Positions 36,611 to 45,002 of a stretch of 64,000 nucleotides of DNA are shown in pieces. The notes under the pieces were generated by a model, which had not been told where the DNA came from, did not search any database, and worked only from the letters and a program-made list of their open reading frames with translations. Source of the DNA: a virus. Location: the IMG/VR virus record IMGVR_UViG_3300010396_000037. The stretch is one strand, 5' to 3'. How positions within the stretch are numbered: position 1 is the first letter of the stretch; each line of letters starts with the position of its first letter. The position numbers were made by a program, and so were the translations under genes.

Positions 36611-36687
36611 TGAATTGTTAGTTCAAAGGAAATCAAAGAACACTTCCGCGGAGGGAGGATGTGAGGTTCGACTCCTTGCACAATTCA
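36611..36687 (+). ncRNA. degenerate tRNA-like RNA (5-nt anticodon loop, no CCA)
   Basis: TGAATTGT/ACAATTCA acceptor, D and T arms. Confidence 0.6.
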
Positions 36688-36693
36688 TAAAAT

Positions 36694-36770
36694 GCCCTCG
36701 TAGCCCAATTGGTAGAGGCGTCGTCCTTAGAAGTCGAAGGTTGTCGGTTCGAATCCGACCGAGGGTACCA
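36694..36770 (+). tRNA. tRNA-Leu(TAG), short variable loop
   Basis: Cloverleaf, A73. Confidence 0.88.
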
Positions 36771-36778
36771 AGTTTAAA

Positions 36779-37104
36779 GTAGCATGTTGTAAGATGTAAT
36801 TTTGTGGCTGATAAGGTACGTTCTTCGGTATCAAGGCACGCTGCACATTACAGTGGTATGGAATCACAGGAAGGATAAATCCGATTTGACCGCAGTGAAC
36901 AACTAATGTCACTCCTGCGGAGGTTGCGAAGTCAGTGTTAAACCCACATATACTGAGAAGAAGCTGACTTGTGAGTGAAATCCTCACCAAAGCGTTGAAA
37001 AATGGTTCGCGACTGTTTGGAGCTTTGTAGATAAATAATCCAACTTGTGATGAAGTTGTTGGGGGTTCAGATCCCTACCAAAATTACATCTTAGAACATG
37101 TTGC
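36779..37104 (+). ncRNA. ~325-nt structured RNA closed by a ~25-bp stem
   Basis: GCATGTTGTAAGATGTAATTTTG / CAAAATTACATCTTAGAACATGT. Confidence 0.7.
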
Positions 37105-37285
37105 AGTCTGCACCAGTGCAGACCAACAAGGCTTGAGTCTAGAGCAATATGTGCTTTTAACGTTTCGTTAACTCGCTTCATAGTATAATAGTCGTTTCCG
37201 CCGTGAGGAATGTCAATGCAGACTCTTGACTCTGTCTTCAGGCAAGGCTTGAAGTTGAGAAGTTGTTGGAAAAGATCAAAGAAGA

Positions 37286-37357
37286 GGCTGTCGGTCTAGA
37301 GACCAAGCGGGTTTCATAAACCCACTGAGATTGGAGCGTAACCAATGTCAGCCACCA
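37286..37357 (+). tRNA. tRNA-Met(CAT)-like with minimal D arm
   Basis: Loop TT-CAT-AA, T arm, ACCA. Confidence 0.65.
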
Positions 37358-37359
37358 GT

Positions 37360-37434
37360 GCTGTTATAGTTCAAATGATAGAACGGTGGTTTCGTACTCC
37401 ACAGAAGAGGGTTTGATTCCTTCTAACAGCACCA
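37360..37434 (+). tRNA. tRNA-Thr(CGT)
   Basis: Cloverleaf, CCA. Confidence 0.88.
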
Positions 37435-37441
37435 AAGTTTC

Positions 37442-37515
37442 GCTCCTATAGTTAAGTGGCATAACAGTTGCCTTGTAAGCATCTATCCTCTGTTCGATTC
37501 GGAGTGGGAGCACCA
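37442..37515 (+). tRNA. tRNA-Thr(TGT)
   Basis: Cloverleaf, CCA. Confidence 0.88.
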
Positions 37516-37520
37516 ATTTA

Positions 37521-37560
37521 TCCTCAGAGAGCCTGCTAGTGTGGGCGGTCGGCTGTTCAA
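37521..37560 (+). pseudogene. 5' half of a tRNA-Asn(GTT), truncated at the anticodon loop
   Basis: TCCTCAG acceptor strand, D arm GCC/GGC, GTCGG-CT-GTT. Confidence 0.6.
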
Positions 37561-37575
37561 ACACTAAATATATTC

Positions 37576-38238
37576 ATGGAATGTAAATATTGCAACAAGT
37601 CGTTTATCAATAAACAAAAACTAGCAAGTCATGAGAGCAACTCTGCTTGCAATCCTAACAAAACGATTTACTGTGCCCACTGCAAGTTTTGCGGTAGAAA
37701 TTGCTCTCATCTAAATGGCTTACGTTCTCACGAAATCACTTGTATAAACAATCCAAACAGAGTTAAGGGTAAGAGAGGCGATGGTTGGTACAAAGTAGAT
37801 AAAACTGCATTTTCTAAAAAATTGAGCGAACGTTACAGAAGTCATGAAACGAACAAATTGATAAGCGCGACATGTTTAGCAAAAGCGAAATCTGGTAATT
37901 GGCATCATGGCGCCGGCAAAAGTAAAAAATACACATACAAAGGATACAAATTCGACTCTACTTGGGAAGTACAACTTGCTATTTACTGGGATTCGAAAGA
38001 AATAAATTGGATTAGAAATTCCGAAACATTTCCTTACTTCTGGAACAAAAAGAACAGATCTTACACTCCCGATTTTCTTTTACCAAACTCAAATACGTAC
38101 ATAGAAGTCAAAGGATACAAAACAGAAAGAGACATTGCAAAATGGTCTTCTTTCCCTGGTAGACTTCAAATATTTGATGAAAGGATTTTGAAGGATATGG
38201 GAGTTCTAAAAATTTCTACGTCTGTAGCTCAAAGGTAG
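37576..38238 (+). CDS. Zn-finger plus PD-(D/E)XK (TnsA-like) free-standing endonuclease
   Basis: Two C2HC fingers; DSTWE, YTPDF, YIEVKGY; late promoter TAAATA at 37565. Confidence 0.85.
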   Translation: MECKYCNKSFINKQKLASHESNSACNPNKTIYCAHCKFCGRNCSHLNGLRSHEITCINNPNRVKGKRGDGWYKVDKTAFSKKLSERYRSHETNKLISATCLAKAKSGNWHHGAGKSKKYTYKGYKFDSTWEVQLAIYWDSKEINWIRNSETFPYFWNKKNRSYTPDFLLPNSNTYIEVKGYKTERDIAKWSSFPGRLQIFDERILKDMGVLKISTSVAQR

Positions 38239-38291
38239 AGCACGGGGCTGATAACCTCGCGACAGTGGATCGTTCCCACTCAGACGTACCA
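38218..38291 (+). tRNA. tRNA-Ile(GAT)
   Basis: Cloverleaf, CCA; overlaps endonuclease stop. Confidence 0.88.
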
Positions 38292-38368
38292 ATTTAATAT
38301 TCCTTAATTTTTGAATACTGAATCAGGGTATAATAACTTCATAGCGATCAGTTCGCTTCCAAATTTAG

Positions 38369-38506
38369 GCGCGGGTCATCCAATGCTAGGATCCTTCTCA
38401 TGGAGTTGGGAAAGATTGTGCACAATCTTCCTGATCAAGAGAGAGGGCAATGTGTAATACAAGGCGATATCCTTGTATTTTGGTTCAAATCCCACTCCGT
38501 GCTCCA
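38369..38506 (+). ncRNA. giant tRNA-like RNA with Gly-like acceptor
   Basis: GCGCGGG/TCCGTGC-TCCA, D arm, long anticodon-position hairpin, extra hairpin at the T stem. Confidence 0.7.
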
Positions 38507-38522
38507 ATTTGAGGATGCAACA

Positions 38523-38708
38523 ATGAAGACCAAGCTTGAACGCGATTCGTATAAACGCCACCACGAGTCTGGCACCAAGATAATTTGCGCTCATTGTGGA
38601 AAAGAATTTCTGGCCGGGGACTTAGGTCTGTTGAGCATGGCAATCAACAATCACAAACCCGCTTGTTCCTATGAATGCAATAAGGCATTAGGTCAGGTAA
38701 GTGAATAA
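38523..38708 (+). CDS. small zinc-finger protein
   Basis: CAHCG...CSYEC; GAGG RBS. Confidence 0.7.
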   Translation: MKTKLERDSYKRHHESGTKIICAHCGKEFLAGDLGLLSMAINNHKPACSYECNKALGQVSE

Positions 38709-38757
38709 CATGTCATCTAAGCTAGTTATTTGAATTGAAACAAACCATAATAACAAT

Positions 38758-38832
38758 AGCGATCAGGTAGTCAAGCGACTATGCCAGCCCCATAAGCTGG
38801 AGAGCACGGCGCAATTCCGTGGTTCGCTACCA
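38758..38832 (+). tRNA. tRNA-Met(CAT) variant (6-bp D stem)
   Basis: Cloverleaf, ACCA. Confidence 0.8.
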
Positions 38833-38836
38833 ATTT

Positions 38837-38962
38837 GGGATGCTAGTTTAATGGTAGAACGGTTGGTGCGCTGTGCTGAAAGTGCGTACTAGGCGCAGTT
38901 CATCAGCAAATGCGTAAAGCACTTATGGATGAGTACTGGTTCGAATCCCGCGCATCCCATCA
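38837..38962 (+). ncRNA. tRNA-like RNA with expanded anticodon and variable arms
   Basis: GGGATGC/GCATCCC, canonical D arm, GGTTCGAATCC. Confidence 0.7.
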
Positions 38963-38974
38963 CAAGTTTAACAT

Positions 38975-39049
38975 GCGGTTGTAGCTCAATGGATAGAGCA
39001 TCAGTTTCCGAAGCTGAAGACATAGGCTCGAATCCTATCAGCCGCTCCA
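38975..39049 (+). tRNA. tRNA-Arg(CCG)
   Basis: Cloverleaf, A20, CCA. Confidence 0.9.
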
Positions 39050-39062
39050 ATTGGACACCAAC

Positions 39063-39245
39063 ATGAAATTTGAATTGACAATCACTTTAACCTATGATGT
39101 TGATCCTGAGGATTATGCTGAAGATCAGTCTCCACAAGAAATGGTTGATTCAGACGTCGCTGCAGCTGATGATAGTCCTGAATCCTTTCTTGCTGCCGCT
39201 TGGCCTTACCAATGCAAGGTCACTGGCAAAGTTTTAGAAGAATAA
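39063..39245 (+). CDS. acidic hypothetical protein
   Basis: ORF between tRNAs. Confidence 0.6.
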   Translation: MKFELTITLTYDVDPEDYAEDQSPQEMVDSDVAAADDSPESFLAAAWPYQCKVTGKVLEE

Positions 39246-39247
39246 AT

Positions 39248-39321
39248 GCTCCTGTAGTTAAATGGCAGAACACCACTTTGGTAAAGTGGTAACAACAGTT
39301 CGATTCTGTTCTGGAGCACCA
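39248..39321 (+). tRNA. tRNA-Thr(GGT)
   Basis: Cloverleaf, CCA. Confidence 0.9.
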
Positions 39322-39322
39322 T

Positions 39323-39397
39323 GATCCATTCGACCAGTGGCTAAGTCGTCTCCCTCTCAAGGAGGGGAACCGGGATCGAAACCCGGATGGATCACCA
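39323..39397 (+). tRNA. tRNA-Glu(CTC)
   Basis: Cloverleaf, CCA. Confidence 0.88.
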
Positions 39398-39404
39398 AAA
39401 ATAT

Positions 39405-39487
39405 GCGGCTGTAACCGAGGGGAGCTTCTACCTCCTTACACGTAACTGGAGTTGAGAATGCGGGTTCGAATCCTGCCAGCCGCGCCA
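39405..39487 (+). tRNA. rearranged tRNA-Arg(TCT), no D arm at the normal position
   Basis: Perfect acceptor and T arm; anticodon arm follows TAACC; GTAACTGGAG lies after the anticodon arm. Confidence 0.75.
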
Positions 39488-39492
39488 ATTTT

Positions 39493-39569
39493 GCCCATGT
39501 AGCTCAATTGAATAGAGCAGTCCTTTCCTAGGGGAATGGTTGGGAGTTTGAGTCTCTCCATGGGCGCCA
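39493..39569 (+). tRNA. tRNA-Arg(CCT)
   Basis: Cloverleaf, GCCA. Confidence 0.88.
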
Positions 39570-39586
39570 AATAAAAAGGTATTCAC

Positions 39587-39778
39587 ATGAGCATAAGTTC
39601 ATCCCGAACACCAGAAGAGGCTCTTCTAGAATGTGATAGACTGATAACTTACTATCAATCTGTTATGAATGCATCTATTGTATCTGATCTAAATCCTACA
39701 GCTGCGCGTGATCTTTTATATTCTGCGATTGCTGTGAAGAGAGACATTCAATTAAGAATCAGAAATAATTCTAACTGA
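39587..39778 (+). CDS. hypothetical protein
   Basis: AAGG RBS. Confidence 0.6.
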   Translation: MSISSSRTPEEALLECDRLITYYQSVMNASIVSDLNPTAARDLLYSAIAVKRDIQLRIRNNSN

Positions 39779-39856
39779 CATTTATCACTCGTTAATAAAT
39801 CTTTAGTGAATTACGGTATAATAATTCCTGTTGAATCAACTCTACTGGAGAATATC

Positions 39857-40180
39857 ATGGACACGCATGCTCAAGTCGTTAAAGCTATGCAGCAACTTTT
39901 GAAGAATCCTGACTTGTGTGTGAACGTATGCTGGGAAATAGCAGCTAACTGCCCAGTCTATTTTCTTCAAGCTGTTGATGAAGTATGCCCAGATATCAAA
40001 GAAGCATCATTACCCTTGGTCGAAAGAGTGCGCAAATTAGCTTACTCACTTCCCCGTTCCGACTCCAGCGTAGGCAAGGTTGAGTTCATCAAAGCCCATC
40101 GCCAATTGACAAAGATGGGGTTAAAAGAATCAAAAGACTGGGTAGAAGCCAACTGGGCTGAATTTGGTCCACGCTGTTAA
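39857..40180 (+). CDS. protein with ribosomal L7/L12 C-terminal-like domain
   Basis: KVEFIKAHRQLTKMGLKESKDWVE matches K...IK..R..T..GLKE.KD.VE. Confidence 0.7.
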   Translation: MDTHAQVVKAMQQLLKNPDLCVNVCWEIAANCPVYFLQAVDEVCPDIKEASLPLVERVRKLAYSLPRSDSSVGKVEFIKAHRQLTKMGLKESKDWVEANWAEFGPRC

Positions 40181-40218
40181 AAAGCAATAAATGACTTCAG
40201 TTCTTCAATGATTGATTT

Positions 40219-40361
40219 GAAACTTGGCGGCGTGGAGAGTAGACACGCACTTGCATGCAGGAGTGGCCTGCCACCGGGAGCCCTATTTAAGATTCACTGG
40301 CGGATCGTACCCACGACAATAATCAAAACGCGCAGTTGGAGTAACGCCCAACCCAAGTTTC
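40219..40361 (+). ncRNA. tRNA-shaped ncRNA candidate
   Basis: GAAACTTGG/CCAAGTTTC stem, GCGTG/CACGC and GTTGG/CCAAC arms, T-run after. Confidence 0.6.
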
Positions 40362-40379
40362 CCTTTTTTGGAACCAATC

Positions 40380-40677
40380 ATGAATAATATGAAAATTCGC
40401 TATCATAAGGAAGATGTAGATCAAACCATTAAATGAATCAAGCAATACAATCCATATTACGACTCTAGACAAGCGAAATGGTCAGATGACGCTATCCGGA
40501 AGTCTATTATGGATAGCATTGAGATAATGCGTGACTCAGAAGTGCCGTGGACTTCAACCATGGGGTATGTGATTTTTTAAATGTTTTGATGATGAAGAAG
40601 GTTTCATTGATGTAGAGATCGCGATGAATTGCAATTTGCCTCGCAATATAATCCAAGAACCCATTATTTTGAGCTGA
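40380..40677 (+). pseudogene. disrupted hypothetical gene
   Basis: In-frame TGA at 40434 and apparent frameshift at T6 near 40573. Confidence 0.5.
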
Positions 40678-40679
40678 TC

Positions 40680-40892
40680 ATGAATACTATTGAATTAACT
40701 CCAGAGTTCATTGATGCTGTGAGTGCAGGTGCTAGTGCACTTGTAACTATGGCAGAAGAACTTCAGAGAAATGAACATTACAACGAAGACGGCCCAATCG
40801 GAGAATTGGTTCGAAAAACTGTTGAAAGCAACTATCAAAAAGTTGACCTCTTGAGAGGTTGGCTGGTACGAATTGAAGGAAAAGAAAAGTAA
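40680..40892 (+). CDS. hypothetical protein
   Basis: ORF in operon. Confidence 0.65.
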   Translation: MNTIELTPEFIDAVSAGASALVTMAEELQRNEHYNEDGPIGELVRKTVESNYQKVDLLRGWLVRIEGKEK

Positions 40893-41296
40893 TGAGAGCT
40901 TATACAATTGTTAATATGTACATGCAGGGCATTCATGCCGGCATTCAAAGTGCGCATATCTTGTCTGAAATGGCGTTGGATTCTGCAAGCAAACCAGATC
41001 ATAAATCTGCTGCGACTTTCTACAGTTGGGCAACGAACGACAAGACTCTCATTGTACTGAATGGCGGTAGCAACAAAAATCTTCGCAAGATGATGGATTT
41101 GATTGAACCTGCTTGCGATAAGCTTGATTTGCCTTTCGCTTACTTCACTGAATCAGAAGAAGCTTTGGATGGGGCATTGACTGGATTTGGATTGATTGTT
41201 CCGTCAAGGATCTATGAATCTGGTGTCGCTAATGACTACCGCACTTCTGAAAACAGTATTTCAAGTTGCCTAAATTTGCTTCAATTAGCGCGATAA
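40892..41296 (+). CDS. Pth2-like (peptidyl-tRNA hydrolase II fold) protein
   Basis: G..AGIQSAH...W....KT.IVL.GG...F.E...L...T..G pattern. Confidence 0.6.
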   Translation: MRAYTIVNMYMQGIHAGIQSAHILSEMALDSASKPDHKSAATFYSWATNDKTLIVLNGGSNKNLRKMMDLIEPACDKLDLPFAYFTESEEALDGALTGFGLIVPSRIYESGVANDYRTSENSISSCLNLLQLAR

Positions 41297-41303
41297 TAAA
41301 TTT

Positions 41304-41397
41304 GGTCCTGTAGTGTAATTGGAAGCACCGACTGCCTTATAAACAGTGAGCGCCAGATTAGCGCCGAGCGTGGGTTCGATTCCCACTGGGACCACCA
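41304..41397 (+). tRNA. tRNA-Ile(TAT) with long variable arm
   Basis: Loop CT-TAT-AA, GCGC/GCGC V-arm, ACCA. Confidence 0.8.
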
Positions 41398-41413
41398 ATT
41401 TTAGGAATATATT

Positions 41414-41620
41414 ATGTCACATCATCATTCCTTCAATACACAACCACGCAAGCGCATGCGTCAAAAGGACGCATTGATGCGCTGGAAGTGGCGGTTGAGC
41501 AAAAAGGGACAATTATCGAACAAGCTCACAGATGAACAGGAACGTTCATTTTGTTCAGCTGCTATTGAAATCTGCAAACAACAGATCGCCTTTATCGAAG
41601 CCAAAGGCATAACAGCTTAA
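41414..41620 (+). CDS. basic hypothetical protein
   Basis: AGGA RBS. Confidence 0.6.
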   Translation: MSHHHSFNTQPRKRMRQKDALMRWKWRLSKKGQLSNKLTDEQERSFCSAAIEICKQQIAFIEAKGITA

Positions 41621-41626
41621 ATTCTT

Positions 41627-41703
<77 letters not shown>

Positions 41704-41711
41704 AATAGGAA

Positions 41712-41993
41712 ATGATTATGGAGATTAACGCTGTTATTACAACTGCAGAACATCGCACTGTAGATATACGTGTTGAAGATGTATTTGAAATATTCTGGAG
41801 AAAGATCATTAACAAGTTTGGTGTACCAGCAAAAGCATACATAAATTTAGACGGCATGTGGGAAACTTGGGAAGACACAGGTCACGGTTCAGGCATATAT
41901 GATACTATCCGGAAGGCAACACCAGAAGAAGTGAGTGTGGTTGGCGCATTTGCAAAAATGCGTGAGTTTATTAGGGATAAATATGAACGCTGA
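41712..41993 (+). CDS. hypothetical protein
   Basis: HGSG...IRKAT.EE motif; RBS. Confidence 0.65.
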   Translation: MIMEINAVITTAEHRTVDIRVEDVFEIFWRKIINKFGVPAKAYINLDGMWETWEDTGHGSGIYDTIRKATPEEVSVVGAFAKMREFIRDKYER

Positions 41994-42201
41994 AGATAAT
42001 TTGCTTGATAATATTGACTATCTAAAACAGAAGTTGAATGAAGCAAGGGAAGAATTGGAACGGATGAAGAACAATATCAAAAATGCTCAACCAGTGACAG
42101 TCAATTCCCTGAATTACATGAAAGACGTCCTAGAAGGTTATTACGAAATTGGCATTGGCCGCTATCCAAAACCCAATTACGTGTTTTTGCATGTTGACTG
42201 A
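41983..42201 (+). CDS. hypothetical protein
   Basis: ORF in operon. Confidence 0.6.
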   Translation: MNAEDNLLDNIDYLKQKLNEAREELERMKNNIKNAQPVTVNSLNYMKDVLEGYYEIGIGRYPKPNYVFLHVD

Positions 42202-42277
42202 CGTTTAACTTAGATTAAGTTATCTTACTTAAAATGTAGTATAATTACTCCTGTTGACAAACTTACTGGAGTACGTC

Positions 42278-42631
42278 ATGAACATCAATCGTTGGAAAAT
42301 CAAGGATTTCAAAGAAGCCGAAAAGGTTGCTGAGAAGTTGACTGAGGAAACGTTGGTGCGCCATGTCGCAGTTGATGCGGGCTCAAATGTTTTTCCACGC
42401 TTTGGTGCTATTCGCGTACCACAAGTTGGTGATGCTGTCAGTTATGCTTTCAATGGTGACTATTATCCTGATGGCTACATCGCCTCCGTTTCCAGTGGAG
42501 TCAAGATGGTTATCAAGACTTCTAAAGGCCACGTGTATTATCGCCACTTGAAGACTGGCTGTTGGATCATGAAAGGTGGCACATGGCGTTTGGTCGATGG
42601 CCATCGTAGCGAATTGAATCCCAGTTTCTGA
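42278..42631 (+). CDS. hypothetical protein (SH3-like C-half)
   Basis: Promoter 42205-42245 plus RBS; P.VGD.VSY.FNGDYYP..LNPSF. Confidence 0.75.
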   Translation: MNINRWKIKDFKEAEKVAEKLTEETLVRHVAVDAGSNVFPRFGAIRVPQVGDAVSYAFNGDYYPDGYIASVSSGVKMVIKTSKGHVYYRHLKTGCWIMKGGTWRLVDGHRSELNPSF

Positions 42632-42653
42632 GAATAGAAGTAAGGAGAGCAAT

Positions 42654-42827
42654 GTGTTAGCCGAAGCCAGTTATCCATACCAAGATTGGGAGACTGAAGT
42701 CTTGCAAGATTTTCCCAATGCTGAATTCACTGACAATGATGCAATCGCCGTGGTGAATGGGGTTGAAACTCTTGTTTCGACGTATTATCCGCATCAAAAC
42801 TTTGCTCGTTGGTGGCTGGAGAAATGA
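42654..42827 (+). CDS. hypothetical protein
   Basis: GTG start, AAGGAG RBS, 57 aa. Confidence 0.55.
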   Translation: MLAEASYPYQDWETEVLQDFPNAEFTDNDAIAVVNGVETLVSTYYPHQNFARWWLEK

Positions 42828-42828
42828 C

Positions 42829-43047
42829 ATGTATGACTCTATCTACACTCACAGAGAACGCACAGTAGCCAATCATACAATTGGCGAAGCTCTTGAAAGT
42901 GCAAAACGCAGGCTGATTGAAAAGGATTTTGGTGGCTATTTCTGTGTTGATTCAATTAGCAATCGTTCCTTGCATGACAAAATCACTCTGGAAGAGCTAA
43001 ATAACATTGCTGAAAGAATAGTGGAAGATAGCTTGTATTATGACTGA
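42829..43047 (+). CDS. hypothetical protein
   Basis: GGAG RBS. Confidence 0.6.
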   Translation: MYDSIYTHRERTVANHTIGEALESAKRRLIEKDFGGYFCVDSISNRSLHDKITLEELNNIAERIVEDSLYYD

Positions 43048-43055
43048 TGATATGT

Positions 43056-43129
43056 TGGGGATTAGTTCAATGGTAGAATAGATGGCTCTGAACCATCAGA
43101 CAGCAGATCGATACTGCTATCCCCTGCCA
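43056..43129 (+). tRNA. tRNA-Gln(CTG)
   Basis: Cloverleaf, GCCA. Confidence 0.9.
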
Positions 43130-43295
43130 TTTATGGAGCTGAGATAATGAATTACAAGTTATATCTTCTGCTGTGTGCTGTATCTGGTTTAAATTGTGGA
43201 TTTTTATCCACTCTCTTGCTACATCAATAATCGTCAATTTAATCATTTGTGGTTTGTTGAGCGCAGTTTACTTGGTATGCAAGGAAAATTAATCT

Positions 43296-43376
43296 ACCCG
43301 TGTAACCAGCATCGCTACGAACGATGACTAAGGTAATTGGAGGCAGATGCAGGTTCGAATCCTGTCGCGGGTGCCA
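43296..43376 (+). tRNA. rearranged tRNA-Arg(ACG), no D arm at the normal position
   Basis: Acceptor, TAACC, CATCG-CTACGAA-CGATG, GGTAATTGGAG, canonical T arm, GCCA. Confidence 0.78.
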
Positions 43377-43392
43377 ATTTTAGGGTTTGATT

Positions 43393-43632
43393 ATGGAACA
43401 CGACCCTAACAAAGCTATAGATAACGTCGTCAAAGTCATTGATGATCATCTTCCAATTTTATGTAAAGAAATGTTACAATTTGAAGATGATAGAGGCAAA
43501 GGCTTGCGCATGATTTACTGCGAGCAATTGTTAGCTGACGCAGGCATGAGTAATTACAATGCTCAAGTGATAGTGCAAAATTTAATCAGACACGCAGCTG
43601 TCAAGAGAATTTGCAAAGAATTTGAAGAGTAA
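43393..43632 (+). CDS. hypothetical protein
   Basis: ORF. Confidence 0.6.
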   Translation: MEHDPNKAIDNVVKVIDDHLPILCKEMLQFEDDRGKGLRMIYCEQLLADAGMSNYNAQVIVQNLIRHAAVKRICKEFEE

Positions 43633-43635
43633 ACT

Positions 43636-43866
43636 ATGAACAATCTAGAAGAAGCTTTTCAAGACATCAAATTTTTAAATAATATACGAACGAAGTTTCA
43701 ATCTGGCAACGAAATTCCTGTTACGGAAGCATGTATTACAAGACAAGAATGGGAAGCTGTTGATCGCATTCTTAAAGCACAAGCAAGAGATTTAGCTGTT
43801 TTGGAGAGTAAGCTAGACTTAAAAAATTGGAGAGTGAATTGGGCTGGGCCCAAGGTGGTTTGCTAA
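43636..43866 (+). CDS. hypothetical protein (KFQSGN.IPV motif); 3' end runs into tRNA-Ser
   Basis: ORF; true stop uncertain (A6 run). Confidence 0.6.
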   Translation: MNNLEEAFQDIKFLNNIRTKFQSGNEIPVTEACITRQEWEAVDRILKAQARDLAVLESKLDLKNWRVNWAGPKVVC

Positions 43867-43919
43867 ACCATTCGTTCGGTGAAGAACCGAATCGGGATCG
43901 TAACCTGCTCTCTCCGCCA
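43829..43919 (+). tRNA. tRNA-Ser(GCT), 8/4 fold
   Basis: GGAGAGTG/CTCTCTCC acceptor, CGGG/CCTG T stem. Confidence 0.85.
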
Positions 43920-44017
43920 TCTGGTACACTTTATGAAAATTTCTAAATAACTCGAACAAGATTGTTTGAGTAGAAACTACAAAGTTGAAGTGAAATTGAC
44001 TAAGAAATGAATTATAT

Positions 44018-44105
44018 GCCCATGTGGTGGAATCGGTAGTCACGGCGGACTTAAAATCCGCTGCTCTAATAAAGCGTGTCGGTTCGAGTCCGACCATGGG
44101 CACCA
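44018..44105 (+). tRNA. tRNA-Leu(TAA)
   Basis: Canonical type II. Confidence 0.95.
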
Positions 44106-44125
44106 AATAATTATGGAGCAATATC

Positions 44126-44317
44126 ATGAAGACGACTGAAGATATTATTCTTGAAAACGTAGAGAAAGCTATCAAAGACTACAATGACGTACCTAAGCAC
44201 ACTAGCAACAAACTTCTTTATCGGTGGTATGCGTTTGGAGTAATTTCTTCAGCTTTCACTTCTTTACATTTTCCTTCACATGAATATTACAGTTATCTTG
44301 AACGCATAAATATATAG
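44126..44317 (+). CDS. hypothetical protein
   Basis: GGAG RBS. Confidence 0.6.
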   Translation: MKTTEDIILENVEKAIKDYNDVPKHTSNKLLYRWYAFGVISSAFTSLHFPSHEYYSYLERINI

Positions 44318-44322
44318 AATGA

Positions 44323-44398
44323 TGGGGACAAACGCAAGTGGCTGAGCTGGATGCCTTTGAAGCATTCGTAGTCGGATCGAAACCGACGTCCCCTGCCA
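44323..44398 (+). tRNA. tRNA-Gln(TTG)
   Basis: Cloverleaf, weak D arm, GCCA. Confidence 0.82.
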
Positions 44399-44403
44399 AT
44401 TTT

Positions 44404-44479
44404 GGGTTGTTAACAATTACGGTTAATGTACGCGCCTGAAGAGCGCAGGAAGTAGGTTCGACTCCTACACAACCCACCA
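44404..44479 (+). tRNA. tRNA-Phe(GAA)
   Basis: Cloverleaf, CCA. Confidence 0.88.
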
Positions 44480-44509
44480 ATTTGAAATTTGATCAGTTAG
44501 GATAAAGTC

Positions 44510-44995
44510 ATGAGCAAGTCAAATTACGACAAGAAGATCACGATTGAAGAACTTCAGGAATTCATGAAAAGTGTTGGACCAAACACCAAGGTGTTCTATG
44601 GCTCTGACTCTGAACGCTATAAGCATAATGGTGTTTGGTATGCTGATTATTTCTGTGTTATCGTGATTCATGTTGATGGATGCCATGGCGGAAAAGTGTT
44701 CGCTGAAGTCTCCACTGAAGCAGATCATGACCAAAATGTTGACCGTCCTTTCAACCGTCTGATGACGGAGACGCAGAAGGTTGCAGAACTTTTCTTAAGG
44801 ACCAAGGAAGTGTTCTATGACTATGAAATTGAAATTCACTTGGACATCGCACGTGATGAGAAGTGGGGTTCAAACTGTGCTGCACAGGCAGCGACTGGTT
44901 ACATCAAGGGTGTGTGTCAAGTTACGCCTGTATTGAAGAATGACTCCTTCGCGGCATCGTTCTGTGCCGACCGTGGTAGGGAATTCATTCACTGA
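44510..44995 (+). CDS. RNase H-like YkuK (DUF458) family protein
   Basis: GSDS, RLMTE, EIHLDI, FAASFCADR. Confidence 0.85.
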   Translation: MSKSNYDKKITIEELQEFMKSVGPNTKVFYGSDSERYKHNGVWYADYFCVIVIHVDGCHGGKVFAEVSTEADHDQNVDRPFNRLMTETQKVAELFLRTKEVFYDYEIEIHLDIARDEKWGSNCAAQAATGYIKGVCQVTPVLKNDSFAASFCADRGREFIH

Positions 44996-45002
44996 TAAGT
45001 AA

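Noticed and set aside
36779-37104. RNase P RNA or group I/II intron
   Set aside because: No GAGGAAAGTCC/P4 signature, no group I P7 core and no group II domain V recognised.
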